Shown: in pieces, positions 10,275 through 19,868 of the stretch | Position numbering within the stretch: position 1 is the first letter of the stretch | How the letters are laid out: each line of letters opens with the position of its first letter | Assembly (NCBI GenBank): GCA_902596665.1 | Contig: CACJUN010000003.1 | Location: 71,756 to 135,755, forward strand | Length of the DNA stretch: 64,000 bases | Direction: 5' to 3' | Source of the DNA: an uncultured SAR86 cluster bacterium | Lineage (GTDB): Bacteria; Pseudomonadota; Gammaproteobacteria; Magnimaribacterales; AG-339-G14 | Position numbers and translations under genes: made by a program | Notes under the pieces: model-generated | Told to the model about the DNA's origin: nothing | The model's input: the letters and a program-made list of their open reading frames with translations, nothing else | Database searches by the model: none

Positions 10275-11204
10275 CTAAAGATTATTTAAAATTGGTTTAT
10301 AAGTCGATCCTTTTTCAAACTCATCCATTATTTTAGATATTTGTTTAATTGATTTGGACGCATCCTCAACGGTAAAACCCTTTCCTTCAAGAATTGATTC
10401 ATAACTCTTGGTATGCAAATCTTGGAATCCTCCAGTAAATTCAAATTCATCTCCGTTTATGGTGAAGGATCGATACAGAACTTCCTCTTGTCCCATTTCT
10501 TTAAGTTTTTCTTTGGATAAAACGTTGATCATTATTAAAACTTTCGCGTTTTCATGTTCGATAAGAACGTTAGCTTGATTGAGAGATAACTTGTTGACAT
10601 TGAAATTTGAAACTTGGCCAAAAATATCAATCAAAATATCCAGATAGTGAATACCAAATTCGAAAAGAATCCCTCCTGATTTATTTTCACTTCCTCTCCA
10701 GGAAGAAAAAAACTCTGAACCTCTTGTCGTAGCATATATCAGGATGACTTCATGTTTTTCTTCTGACTTTTGTGAGGTTATATTTTGTTTCAATTGAATT
10801 ATTGATTCATGAAATCTTAATTGCATAATTGTAAAAACCTTAGCAGCAGAAACGGATTCAGATTTTCTAATCCTGTCTAAGTCTGAAACAGATAAAGCGA
10901 GGGGCTTTTCACAAATCACATTGATATCATTTTCCAAGCAAGTAATTATTTGATCAGTGTGTAAGTGATTTGGAGTACAGATAGAAATATAGTCTAAGTT
11001 ATCTTTCTGATGGAATTTGATCATTTCCTCAAGACTATCTAGGGTTTCTATGTTCTTAGGAAGGAATTCTTTTTTTTGGGCTGAGTTAAAATCTAAATCA
11101 CTGACACATTTTAGATCTGCACCAATATTATTGATTGCTTGAATATGGCGAGGAGCTATGTACCCTAGTGCTCCCAATAATCCAAATTTGAGCTTATTAC
11201 CCAT
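10275..11204 (-). CDS. Gfo/Idh/MocA family NAD(P)-dependent oxidoreductase
   Basis: 309 aa with an N-terminal Rossmann motif (KFGLLGALGYIAPRH) and the EKP motif (VICEKPLALS). Confidence 0.8.
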   Translation of the reverse strand: MGNKLKFGLLGALGYIAPRHIQAINNIGADLKCVSDLDFNSAQKKEFLPKNIETLDSLEEMIKFHQKDNLDYISICTPNHLHTDQIITCLENDINVICEKPLALSVSDLDRIRKSESVSAAKVFTIMQLRFHESIIQLKQNITSQKSEEKHEVILIYATTRGSEFFSSWRGSENKSGGILFEFGIHYLDILIDIFGQVSNFNVNKLSLNQANVLIEHENAKVLIMINVLSKEKLKEMGQEEVLYRSFTINGDEFEFTGGFQDLHTKSYESILEGKGFTVEDASKSIKQISKIMDEFEKGSTYKPILNNL

Positions 11205-11240
11205 TGAAAAAGTATACTTGAGTAACTCATTGAGACATAA

Positions 11241-13103
11241 ATGTTTAAAGGAATTGTAAAACTTTCAAAAAATGGCAAAGGATCTTTATTAGTATCTGAA
11301 GATCTATCATTTAAACTTTCAAGAAAGGAATTATTCAAAGTATTTCCGGGCGATAAGGTTGAATGTTCAGTTCAGCAAGATAAAGCAACCATTCAAAAAA
11401 TAATCGAGAGAAATACAACCGAAGTCATAGGTAAATTAAAAAAAACTAACAAGGGATGGATTGCGGAATCCGTCAACAATGAATTTCATCTAGAAATAGT
11501 TATAAAAAAGAATACTTCTAAAAAACTCAAAAATGGTGACTTTTGTAAAATAAAAATAAAAAAACAACCAAGTTTAAAGCATAGGCCTGAAGGTTACATA
11601 GTTGAGCAACTTATATTTTCAAATATTTTTGAAGAAGCAGACGAGATTGCTTTGCAAACAAATCTTAATATTAAGAGAACTTTTCCAAAAACAATTTTGC
11701 CAGAAATAAATAGGATTTTGAAAGAACATAATTCTGGAAATTTTCCTTCTGAATATGAAGATTTAACTGACAAAAATTTTTTTACCATTGATGGCAAAAA
11801 TGCAAAAGATTTTGATGATGCAATTTGCTGCGAACAAACTTCAAATGGATACAAATTATTGGTAGCGATTGCTGATGTCTCTGCTTTTGTCTCTGAAGGA
11901 TCTTCCTTGGATAAAGTGGCTGCAGAAAGAGCAACATCAATTTATTTGAATTCAAAAGTTATTCCAATGCTACCAAAAGAATTATCCAATGATATTTGCT
12001 CTCTTCGCCCCCTTGAAAAAAGGTTAACGCTGGTCTGCGAAATGATTCTTGATAAAGATTGTTCTCTTAAAACTTTCAAATTTTATTCAGCAATAATCGA
12101 ATCGAAGAAAAGGTTTACTTATGACGAACTTTCAAATCTTGAGAAAGATGACATAGATAGACATCCAGAATTTTCAAATGATTTAAAGAAATTTTTAGAA
12201 ATATGCAAAAAAAGAATTGAAAAAAGGAAACAAAGGCTCGCAATAGATTTTGAAATGAATGAGTACCGACCAGAAGTTAAGAAAGGAAAACTAAAAGCTT
12301 TTGTTCCGGTAACTAGATATTTAAGTCATAGGGCTATTGAGGAATGCATGATTTTGGCAAACATATCTGCCGCAAAATTTCTAAAGGAAAATCAAATAAG
12401 TACTATTTTTAGATTTCATGACTTCCCGGATATGGATAAGATCATTTCATTACAGAAATTTCTTCAATCAAGAGGTTTACCTATATCAGAAGATTTTAAT
12501 CTTTCAAGAAAATCTATTTTCGATTGGGTTCAAAAAACCTCAAAACATAAAATCAATGAAATCTTAGCTCTTGAAATTCTAAAGAGTATGAAACTCGCAA
12601 TATACTCTTCTGAGAGGAGTGAACATTTCGCTTTGGGTTTAGATGAATATTTACACTTCACCTCACCCATCAGAAGATATCCAGATTTAGTGGTTCATAG
12701 ATGTATAAAACAAATTATTCATAACAAGAAATTTAAATCTTTATCAAAAAATGATTTAGCTGACATTGCTGAAAATTGCAGCTTTAGAGAAAGAGAGGCT
12801 GATCAAATTTCTAAGGAAGCAGATAAAGTTCTGAGATCGCGATGCGGACAAAATTATATAGGGAATAAATTTTCTGGAATCATAACTGGAGTTACAGAAT
12901 TTGGAGTATTTGTGAAGCTAGATCAAATTAACATTGAAGGGTTGTGTCACATAAGCTCATTCAAAAATAAATATTACAATTTTAATTATGAGATGAAATC
13001 CTTAGTCAGTAGACAAGGTACGATAAGCATTGGAGATAAAATGAGTTGCATTATCGAATCGGTGCATCCTTATGAAGGTAAAATAAGTTTAATACCGGCG
13101 TAA
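11241..13103 (+). CDS. rnr: Ribonuclease R / RNB-family 3'-5' exoribonuclease (compact form)
   Basis: 620 aa with RNB motifs (FTIDGKNAKDFDDAI, HFALGLDEYLHFTSPIRRYPDLVVHR) and a C-terminal S1 domain (FSGIITGVTEFGVFVKL). rlmB follows, as in E. coli rnr-rlmB. Confidence 0.9.
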   Translation: MFKGIVKLSKNGKGSLLVSEDLSFKLSRKELFKVFPGDKVECSVQQDKATIQKIIERNTTEVIGKLKKTNKGWIAESVNNEFHLEIVIKKNTSKKLKNGDFCKIKIKKQPSLKHRPEGYIVEQLIFSNIFEEADEIALQTNLNIKRTFPKTILPEINRILKEHNSGNFPSEYEDLTDKNFFTIDGKNAKDFDDAICCEQTSNGYKLLVAIADVSAFVSEGSSLDKVAAERATSIYLNSKVIPMLPKELSNDICSLRPLEKRLTLVCEMILDKDCSLKTFKFYSAIIESKKRFTYDELSNLEKDDIDRHPEFSNDLKKFLEICKKRIEKRKQRLAIDFEMNEYRPEVKKGKLKAFVPVTRYLSHRAIEECMILANISAAKFLKENQISTIFRFHDFPDMDKIISLQKFLQSRGLPISEDFNLSRKSIFDWVQKTSKHKINEILALEILKSMKLAIYSSERSEHFALGLDEYLHFTSPIRRYPDLVVHRCIKQIIHNKKFKSLSKNDLADIAENCSFREREADQISKEADKVLRSRCGQNYIGNKFSGIITGVTEFGVFVKLDQINIEGLCHISSFKNKYYNFNYEMKSLVSRQGTISIGDKMSCIIESVHPYEGKISLIPA

Positions 13104-13105
13104 AA

Positions 13106-13816
13106 ATGTTCGAGACATCAGATTTAAATACGATCAAAACTTTACTTGCCAACAAACCTGAGTCAGTTAGGTTGTTGGAAGTAGATGACAATTCAATTTC
13201 AAAAAGAATTAAAGATATAAAAAAGATCGCCATAGAGAAGAAATTAAAAATAGAAATAAAAAAATTTAAAAATCCAAATAAAAAGATCAATCTGATTTTC
13301 AAACCATCAGAACCAAAAAATATAGAGTACCTGGAAAAATTTTTAGAAACTAAAGAGGACGCCGTTATTCTTTTGCTTGATCACATAACGGATCCCAACA
13401 ACTTAGGATCAATCCTCCGCACAAGCTTGGGAGGAATGGTTGATGCGGTAGTGGTTCCAAAATCCAGGGCATGTCATTTAACTAAATCGGTAAGAGAAGT
13501 TTCAAAAGGATCAAGCGAACTTATCCCATTTGTGATTGTGCCAAACCTTAAGAGGATTACAGAGATGCTAAAGCTTAGAGGGTTTTTAATCTATGGAGCT
13601 GAAGGTAGTTCACAGTCAGAATCTATTTACGATACTGATTTTTCCAAAAAAATAGGTTTAATAATAGGTTCAGAAAATACAGGTATTCAAGAAACTTTAA
13701 AATCAAAATGCGATAAAATAATCAAGATTCCAATAAGCGATAAATTGGAGAGTCTCAATGCAGCTATTGCAACTTCAGTAATTGTTTTTGAGATTAATAG
13801 ACAAAGAACAAACTAG
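13106..13816 (+). CDS. rlmB: 23S rRNA (guanosine-2'-O)-methyltransferase RlmB (SpoU/TrmH family)
   Basis: 236 aa with SpoU motifs ([31 protein letters not shown]) and synteny with rnr. Confidence 0.9.
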   Translation: MFETSDLNTIKTLLANKPESVRLLEVDDNSISKRIKDIKKIAIEKKLKIEIKKFKNPNKKINLIFKPSEPKNIEYLEKFLETKEDAVILLLDHITDPNNLGSILRTSLGGMVDAVVVPKSRACHLTKSVREVSKGSSELIPFVIVPNLKRITEMLKLRGFLIYGAEGSSQSESIYDTDFSKKIGLIIGSENTGIQETLKSKCDKIIKIPISDKLESLNAAIATSVIVFEINRQRTN

Positions 13817-13818
13817 AA

Positions 13819-14739
13819 ATGCTAGCTCAAAGAACTTTAACTAATCCCATCAAGGCAAGTGGCGTAGGCTTGCATTCAGGTAGGAAAATTACAATAAAAC
13901 TTTTACCCGCACCTGAAGATACTGGAATTATTTTTCAGAGAGTTGACTGTGATCCAGTTGTTGAGATTCAGGCTACCGTTGAAAACGTAGGAGCTACAGC
14001 GCTCGCAACAACACTGGTAAGTGGAGATATTGAAATCTCTACAGTTGAACATATGCTCTCTGCTTTTGCAGGTTTAGGCATCGATAATGCTTATGTGCAA
14101 ATTAATGACATTGAAGTCCCTATTATGGATGGTTCAGCAAATCCTTTTGTTTTTTTGATTCAATCAGCAGGCATAAAAGAACAAAAAGAAGTTAAAAAAT
14201 TTATAAAAATAAAAAAACCGGTATCTGTGGAAGCTAACAATGGCGCGAGAGTATCACTTTCACCCTATGATGGTTTCAAAGTAAGTTATGAACTTGATTA
14301 TGATCATCCTGTTCATAAAAGACAGCCCAACAAGGCTACCATTGACTTCAATTCAACAACTTTTCTCAAAGAGATATCTCGTGCAAGAACCTTCGGCTTT
14401 ATGAGTGAAGTTGATGCATTAAAAAAAGAAAACTTAGCTCTAGGAGCAAGCGAGAAAAATGCTATAGCAATCGGTGAAAATGAAATTCTTAATGAAGAAG
14501 GTTTGAGGTCGGAGGATGAGTTCGTTAAGCATAAAATTCTTGATGTCATTGGTGACTTATATTTACTAAAACACAATCTAATTGGATCTTTTGAAGGTTA
14601 TAAATCTGGTCATTCTCATAATAATCAACTTTTAAGAAAACTTATCGATAATCCTGATACTTGGGAAATAATTACTGCAGAGGAAGGCAATCAGTTCATC
14701 AGATATATCGATCCAATCATTGACCCGAGTACAGGATAA
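13819..14739 (+). CDS. lpxC: UDP-3-O-acyl-N-acetylglucosamine deacetylase
   Basis: 306 aa with QRTL...[21 protein letters not shown] and [10 protein letters not shown]. Confidence 0.97.
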   Translation: MLAQRTLTNPIKASGVGLHSGRKITIKLLPAPEDTGIIFQRVDCDPVVEIQATVENVGATALATTLVSGDIEISTVEHMLSAFAGLGIDNAYVQINDIEVPIMDGSANPFVFLIQSAGIKEQKEVKKFIKIKKPVSVEANNGARVSLSPYDGFKVSYELDYDHPVHKRQPNKATIDFNSTTFLKEISRARTFGFMSEVDALKKENLALGASEKNAIAIGENEILNEEGLRSEDEFVKHKILDVIGDLYLLKHNLIGSFEGYKSGHSHNNQLLRKLIDNPDTWEIITAEEGNQFIRYIDPIIDPSTG

Positions 14740-14742
14740 GAA

Positions 14743-17358
14743 ATGTTTGGCTTTTTATTTGGCTCAAAACATAAAAGAGTCATTAACCGTATTTCCAAAA
14801 CTGTTGATCAAATTAATTCTTTGGAGCCCTCTCTTGAGCAATTAAATGCTGATGATTTACTGGCAAAATCTAATGAACTGAGAGATCAAGTTCGTTCAGG
14901 GGAGGCCTTAGAAAAACTACTCCCTCAAGCATTTGCACTGGTTAGAGAGTCGAGTAAAAGAAATTTGGGTCTGAGGCATTATGACTGCCAACTCGTTGGA
15001 GGAGTTATCCTTAATGAAGGGAAGATCGCTGAGATGGCTACCGGTGAGGGAAAAACCCTCGTGGCTACTCTACCCTGTTACTTAAATGCTTTGACCGGAA
15101 AAGGTGTTTACGTAATTACTGTTAACGAGTATCTAGCTGAAAGGGATGCAAATTGGATGAGACCTTTATTTGAAGGCCTTGGATTGACAGTAAGTCATGT
15201 TGTTCCCAATCAAAGTTTTGAAGAGAAAAAAAATGCCTATCAGGCAGATGTTGTTTACATCACGAACAACGAAGCTGGTTTTGACTATCTAAGGGATAAC
15301 ATGGCAATGGACAAAGCCCATAAAATGCAAAAAGACCTTTTTTTTGCTGTGGTTGATGAGGTAGATTCAATCCTGATTGATGAGGCTAGAACTCCTTTAG
15401 TCATAAGCGGTGTCGCCGAAGATAATTCTGAAATATATAAAAAGATCGGCCAGATAATCCCTCGCCTTAAGCAAGAAGAATTTGATTTGGAAACAGGAGA
15501 TGTTTTTGTAGAAGGAGATTTTCAGATTGATGAAAAAGTTAGATCTGCTGAACTTACCGAGAAAGGTCATGAAAACGTTGAACGTCTTCTTGTTCACAAT
15601 GGACTTCTTAAAGAGGATGACTCGCTCTATGCGAGTGAAAATCTAAAATTATTAAACATGGTTCAGTCTTCCCTAAGAGCCTTTAATCTGTTTGAAAAAA
15701 ACACAGATTATCTTGTGCAAAATGGTCAAGTAGTATTAATTGATACAAACACTGGAAGAGCTTTACCGGGTAGACGTTTATCAGACGGAGTTCATCAAGC
15801 GCTGGAACTTAAGGAAAATGTAAATATCCAAGTCGAAAGTCAGACTTTAGCATCAACCACTTTTCAAAACTTTTTTAGACTCTTCGATAAATTATCTGGC
15901 ATGACCGGAACCGCTGAAACTGAAGCTCAAGAATTTGAGGAAATTTACTCATTAGAGACCATTGTCATACCAACGAACCTGCCCATGATCAGAGACGATA
16001 AGGAAGACAAAATTTATTTAACCCTTGAGGAGAAATACGACGCTCTTGTTGAGGAAATAGAGCAAATTAACTCGACCGGCGCGCCAATTTTGGTTGGGAC
16101 AATTTCCGTAGAAACTTCTGAATTAATATCCAGCAAACTAAAGCAAAGAAAAATTGAACATAATGTTTTAAATGCAAAACAACATGAAAGAGAGGCTGAA
16201 ATAATATCTCAGGCAGGAGCTCAGAATGCTGTAACCATCGCAACAAATATGGCAGGAAGAGGAACAGATATCGTCTTAGGAGGCAATGAAGAGGACGCTT
16301 CTTTCAGAGAAAAAGTTTTATCTCTAGGGGGTCTGCATGTTATTGGAACTGAAAGACACGAATCAAGGAGAGTTGATAATCAACTTAGAGGAAGATCTGG
16401 GAGACAAGGAGATCCTGGTTCCTCACAATTTTTTCTGTCATTAGAAGATAGCTTGATGAAGATTTTTGCACCGGAAAGAGTTAAAAATCTTATGCAATCA
16501 ATTGGAGGTATGAAGAAGGGAGAATCCATAGAACATAGAATGCTTACTGGAGCGATCGAGAGAGCTCAAAGAAGAGTTGAGGGAAGAAATTTTGATCTTA
16601 GAAAAAGAATCCTTGAATTTGACGATGTTCTTAATGAACAAAGACAAGTTATATACTCTCAAAGAGAGGAAATTCTTCAGGAAGATGACTTAACAGAATT
16701 AATTGATTCAATGCGATTCAATGAAATAGCAGATTTAGTTTATTCGTTTCTGCCGCCTTCTAGTGTAGAAAGTCAGTGGCAAACAGATAAGCTAAAGAAT
16801 TCCTTGTCTTATGATTTAGCTTTTGAATTTGACCCAGCTCAGTTCTTAGATGATGAAAAGAATAATCAAGATACCTTAATCGATGAAATTGTAAGTCAGC
16901 TTAAAAATAAATATCTTGAAAAAAGAATCGAATATAGCGAAGTTCTTCCTGGTCTAGAAAAACAAATTGTTTTGCAAGTCATAGATATATCTTGGAAAAA
17001 TCATATCAATGCTCTTGAATACTTAAGACAAAATATAGGCTTTAGAAGTTATGCAGGAAAGGATCCCAGACTTGAATATAAAAGAGAGGCTTTTGAAATG
17101 TTCGAGGGTCTTCTCACAAACATCAATGCCGAAGCCATTAAGTTTTTATCCAAAATTCAAATCAATAAAGAAGAGCAAACAGCTCAAGAAAGTTCTGTTA
17201 TAAAAAACACGATAAGTCATAAAGAAGAGATTCAATCCGCTTTTGATTCACCTCAAGAACAAGTCAATAAAAATAAATCTGAACCAAATGAAGAATTTTC
17301 AGGAAATAGAAGAATGAGAAGACTTCAAGCCAAAGCCAAAAGGAAAAAAAGAAAATAG
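14743..17358 (+). CDS. secA: Preprotein translocase ATPase SecA (no C-terminal zinc finger)
   Basis: 871 aa with MATGEGKTLVATLP, DEVDSILIDEARTPLIISG-like, TNMAGRGTDI and RGRSGRQGDPGSS. The C-terminus is a Lys/Arg tail without Cys. Confidence 0.98.
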   Translation: MFGFLFGSKHKRVINRISKTVDQINSLEPSLEQLNADDLLAKSNELRDQVRSGEALEKLLPQAFALVRESSKRNLGLRHYDCQLVGGVILNEGKIAEMATGEGKTLVATLPCYLNALTGKGVYVITVNEYLAERDANWMRPLFEGLGLTVSHVVPNQSFEEKKNAYQADVVYITNNEAGFDYLRDNMAMDKAHKMQKDLFFAVVDEVDSILIDEARTPLVISGVAEDNSEIYKKIGQIIPRLKQEEFDLETGDVFVEGDFQIDEKVRSAELTEKGHENVERLLVHNGLLKEDDSLYASENLKLLNMVQSSLRAFNLFEKNTDYLVQNGQVVLIDTNTGRALPGRRLSDGVHQALELKENVNIQVESQTLASTTFQNFFRLFDKLSGMTGTAETEAQEFEEIYSLETIVIPTNLPMIRDDKEDKIYLTLEEKYDALVEEIEQINSTGAPILVGTISVETSELISSKLKQRKIEHNVLNAKQHEREAEIISQAGAQNAVTIATNMAGRGTDIVLGGNEEDASFREKVLSLGGLHVIGTERHESRRVDNQLRGRSGRQGDPGSSQFFLSLEDSLMKIFAPERVKNLMQSIGGMKKGESIEHRMLTGAIERAQRRVEGRNFDLRKRILEFDDVLNEQRQVIYSQREEILQEDDLTELIDSMRFNEIADLVYSFLPPSSVESQWQTDKLKNSLSYDLAFEFDPAQFLDDEKNNQDTLIDEIVSQLKNKYLEKRIEYSEVLPGLEKQIVLQVIDISWKNHINALEYLRQNIGFRSYAGKDPRLEYKREAFEMFEGLLTNINAEAIKFLSKIQINKEEQTAQESSVIKNTISHKEEIQSAFDSPQEQVNKNKSEPNEEFSGNRRMRRLQAKAKRKKRK

Positions 17359-17361
17359 ATT

Positions 17362-18519
17362 ATGAAAGAAGTTAAAATTGGCTGTTCTTCGAGTTATCAA
17401 AAATATGGCAAAAGGCTAGATACTGCAATAATTCAATTGCCAAGCAAAAGCAACATCTCTGGTTTATTTACTTCAAATAAATTTCCTGCAGCGCCGGTAA
17501 AGGTTGCAAAAAGGAATTTAACAAGCCTTGATAAAAAAAAGAAAACTGCATTATTTATAAATGCAGGAAACGCAAATGCTGCAACTGGACCAGAAGGTTT
17601 AAAAGACATAAATAAAATGTTTGCTAATTATAAAGATGTAAATGTTCTGCCCTTTTCAACCGGAGTGATAGGAGAAAGGCTGGATCTACAAAGGTATGGA
17701 AAATCCTTTTTTAATGCTTATAAAAATCTTGGTAAAAGTAGTTGGAAAAATTTTGCTACTTCAATAATGACAACAGACAAGAAAGAAAAAATAGTTAAAA
17801 AGAGTATCAAGATAAAAGGCGAGACTATAAATTTCATTGGCATCGCTAAAGGTTCAGCAATGATTGAACCTAACATGGCAACAATGTTGTCCTTTGTATT
17901 TACTGACTTAAAGATAAGCAAATTGAAGTTAGATAAAATCCATAGATTAGCCTGCGAAGGTTCTTTTAATTCAATAACTATTGATGGAGATCAATCAACA
18001 AATGACTCTTCATTGCTTATCGCTACAGGATCATCACTAATTTCACTGTCGAAAGCCAATGAAAAAAAGATATTAGAGACTCTTCAAGATATTTTTTACT
18101 CTTTAGCAGAAAAAATAGTGCTCGATGCTGAAGGAGCAACAAAGCTAATTTCGATCACCGTTAAAGGACTCAAGACTGAAAACGAATGCAAAAAAGTTGC
18201 TAAAAATATTGCTAACTCTCTTTTAGTAAAAACAGCTGCTTTCGGAGAAGACCCAAATTGGGGGAGAATTTTAATGGCAGTTGGCAATACCAATATTAGC
18301 TTTGACGAGAAGAAATTTAATCTAAAGCTTGGAAAGCTCCAGGTATTTAGAAATAACAAACTTAGTTCAAGTTATTCAGAAAAATTAGGATTGAAAGAAT
18401 TTAAAAAAAGAAAAATAGAAATAGTCATTAAGCTGGGTGATAGCAATAAGACAAGCAAAGTCCTTACGTCGGATTTATCTAAAGATTATGTAAGCATGAA
18501 TGCAGACTATAGATCCTGA
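17362..18519 (+). CDS. argJ: Bifunctional glutamate N-acetyltransferase / amino-acid acetyltransferase
   Basis: 385 aa with the autoprocessing site region (MATMLSFVFTD), TIDGDQSTNDS and AFGEDPNWGRI. Confidence 0.95.
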   Translation: MKEVKIGCSSSYQKYGKRLDTAIIQLPSKSNISGLFTSNKFPAAPVKVAKRNLTSLDKKKKTALFINAGNANAATGPEGLKDINKMFANYKDVNVLPFSTGVIGERLDLQRYGKSFFNAYKNLGKSSWKNFATSIMTTDKKEKIVKKSIKIKGETINFIGIAKGSAMIEPNMATMLSFVFTDLKISKLKLDKIHRLACEGSFNSITIDGDQSTNDSSLLIATGSSLISLSKANEKKILETLQDIFYSLAEKIVLDAEGATKLISITVKGLKTENECKKVAKNIANSLLVKTAAFGEDPNWGRILMAVGNTNISFDEKKFNLKLGKLQVFRNNKLSSSYSEKLGLKEFKKRKIEIVIKLGDSNKTSKVLTSDLSKDYVSMNADYRS

Positions 18520-19051
18520 TTATTTTTTTATTACACCTGAAGTAATTCCTGAGAATTACCTAGAACTGTTGGAATCGATCAAGATTAAAAAAGAATTGCT
18601 TTTGTTAAGATGTTTAGATAACTCAGAACTTAATAAAAATTTAAACAAATTTTTATTACTAAAGAAAAAGTATCAAACCAAACTGATTTTGAGCTCTAGA
18701 CACCTAGACATCTCAGAACGATTTGATGGCATTCATTTCAATTCAGCGGATTTGATGAATTTATCGGACTTAGAAAGCTATCAAAATTATTTGGGTGCTT
18801 CTTGTCATAATGAGGAGGAGATCAATAAAGCAAACCAACTTAAGTTGGATTATATTTTTATTTCGCCAGTCAAAAAAACAAAAAGTCATCAGGATACATC
18901 TTCTATAGGTTGGCAAAAATTTAAGGAATTAAGATCTCTAACTGAAATTAAGACTTATGCTCTAGGTGGAATGAGAATTTCAGACTTAAATGAGGCAAAA
19001 AAATATTCTGCTGATGGAATAGCAGGTATTTCTTCTTTTATGGATCAATAG
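18500..19051 (+). CDS. ThiE/TenI-like (TMP-TENI) domain protein, stand-alone
   Basis: 183 aa with a TIM-barrel phosphate-binding-type C-terminus (DYIFISPV..T.SH, YALGGM, ADGIAGIS). No Nudix box is visible. It overlaps argJ by 20 nt. Confidence 0.6.
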   Translation: MQTIDPDYFFITPEVIPENYLELLESIKIKKELLLLRCLDNSELNKNLNKFLLLKKKYQTKLILSSRHLDISERFDGIHFNSADLMNLSDLESYQNYLGASCHNEEEINKANQLKLDYIFISPVKKTKSHQDTSSIGWQKFKELRSLTEIKTYALGGMRISDLNEAKKYSADGIAGISSFMDQ

Positions 19052-19211
19052 AAAGATCATCTTCATCTATTATTGGTCGGGAAATCTTGTGTTTCTCAAA
19101 AAACCAATCGCCTAAGTCAATGGCCTGACATTTCTCACTGCAAAAAGGTCTATGATTTGAATTTTTATTCGCAGAGTACATTTTTCTGCATCGAGGACAT
19201 TTTTTTTTCAT
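19038..19211 (-). CDS. yacG: DNA gyrase inhibitor YacG (zinc-finger protein), 57 aa; not in the ORF track
   Basis: Hand translation gives MKKKCPRCRKMYSANKNSNHRPFCSEKCQAIDLGDWFFEKHKISRPIIDEDDLSIDP. It carries the YacG signature CPxC...RPFCSxxCxxIDLGxW. Its ATG overlaps the coaE TGA (ATGA). coaE-yacG is a known gammaproteobacterial neighbourhood. Confidence 0.85.
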   Translation of the reverse strand: MKKKCPRCRKMYSANKNSNHRPFCSEKCQAIDLGDWFFEKHKISRPIIDEDDLSIDP

Positions 19212-19804
19212 TTAAGAATTTCTTTTTCTAGATCTAGATGAATTTTTTTAACTTTCTCCTCTAATTCTTTTAGAGATCCATCGTTTGAAATAATAATATC
19301 TGCAAGCTCATTCCTGCTTTTTCTATCTATTTGGGAATCAATAATTGATTTAATCTGACTGGCTTCAACATTATCCCTTTTTGTGGTTCTATCGATTTGA
19401 TTGTCTTCGCTTGTATCGACAACTATTGTTTTTGAACAAAGGTTTTTTTGATTTGTTTCAAACAACAAAGGAGATACCAAAATCGCATATTTTGAACTCG
19501 CAGTTGCTAAATCATCGATGAGTATTTGATGAATTAATGGATGAAGAAGATTTTCTAACCAGTCTTTTGCAGAACTCTCTTTAAATATAATTTCTCTGAG
19601 CTTTCTTCTATCTAATTCTCCCTCAGAGGTAAGAATATTTGATCCAAATTTTTCAGCGATTTTTTTTAAAGCTGGTTGTCCTTTCATCACAGGTTGTCTA
19701 GAAGCTACATCTGCGTCCACAACTTTCACTCCTAAGCCCTCAAAGATTTCTGAGACGGATGATTTTCCTGATCCAATTCCTCCTGTTAAACCTACTACTA
19801 TCAT
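19208..19804 (-). CDS. coaE: Dephospho-CoA kinase
   Basis: 198 aa with the P-loop GLTGGIGSGKS and DADV. Confidence 0.95.
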   Translation of the reverse strand: MIVVGLTGGIGSGKSSVSEIFEGLGVKVVDADVASRQPVMKGQPALKKIAEKFGSNILTSEGELDRRKLREIIFKESSAKDWLENLLHPLIHQILIDDLATASSKYAILVSPLLFETNQKNLCSKTIVVDTSEDNQIDRTTKRDNVEASQIKSIIDSQIDRKSRNELADIIISNDGSLKELEEKVKKIHLDLEKEILK

Positions 19805-19868
19805 TAAAATTATTTTTCTGGATAATGATTATATTCCATGAACGGATAAATAATTCAACTGGGGGAAT

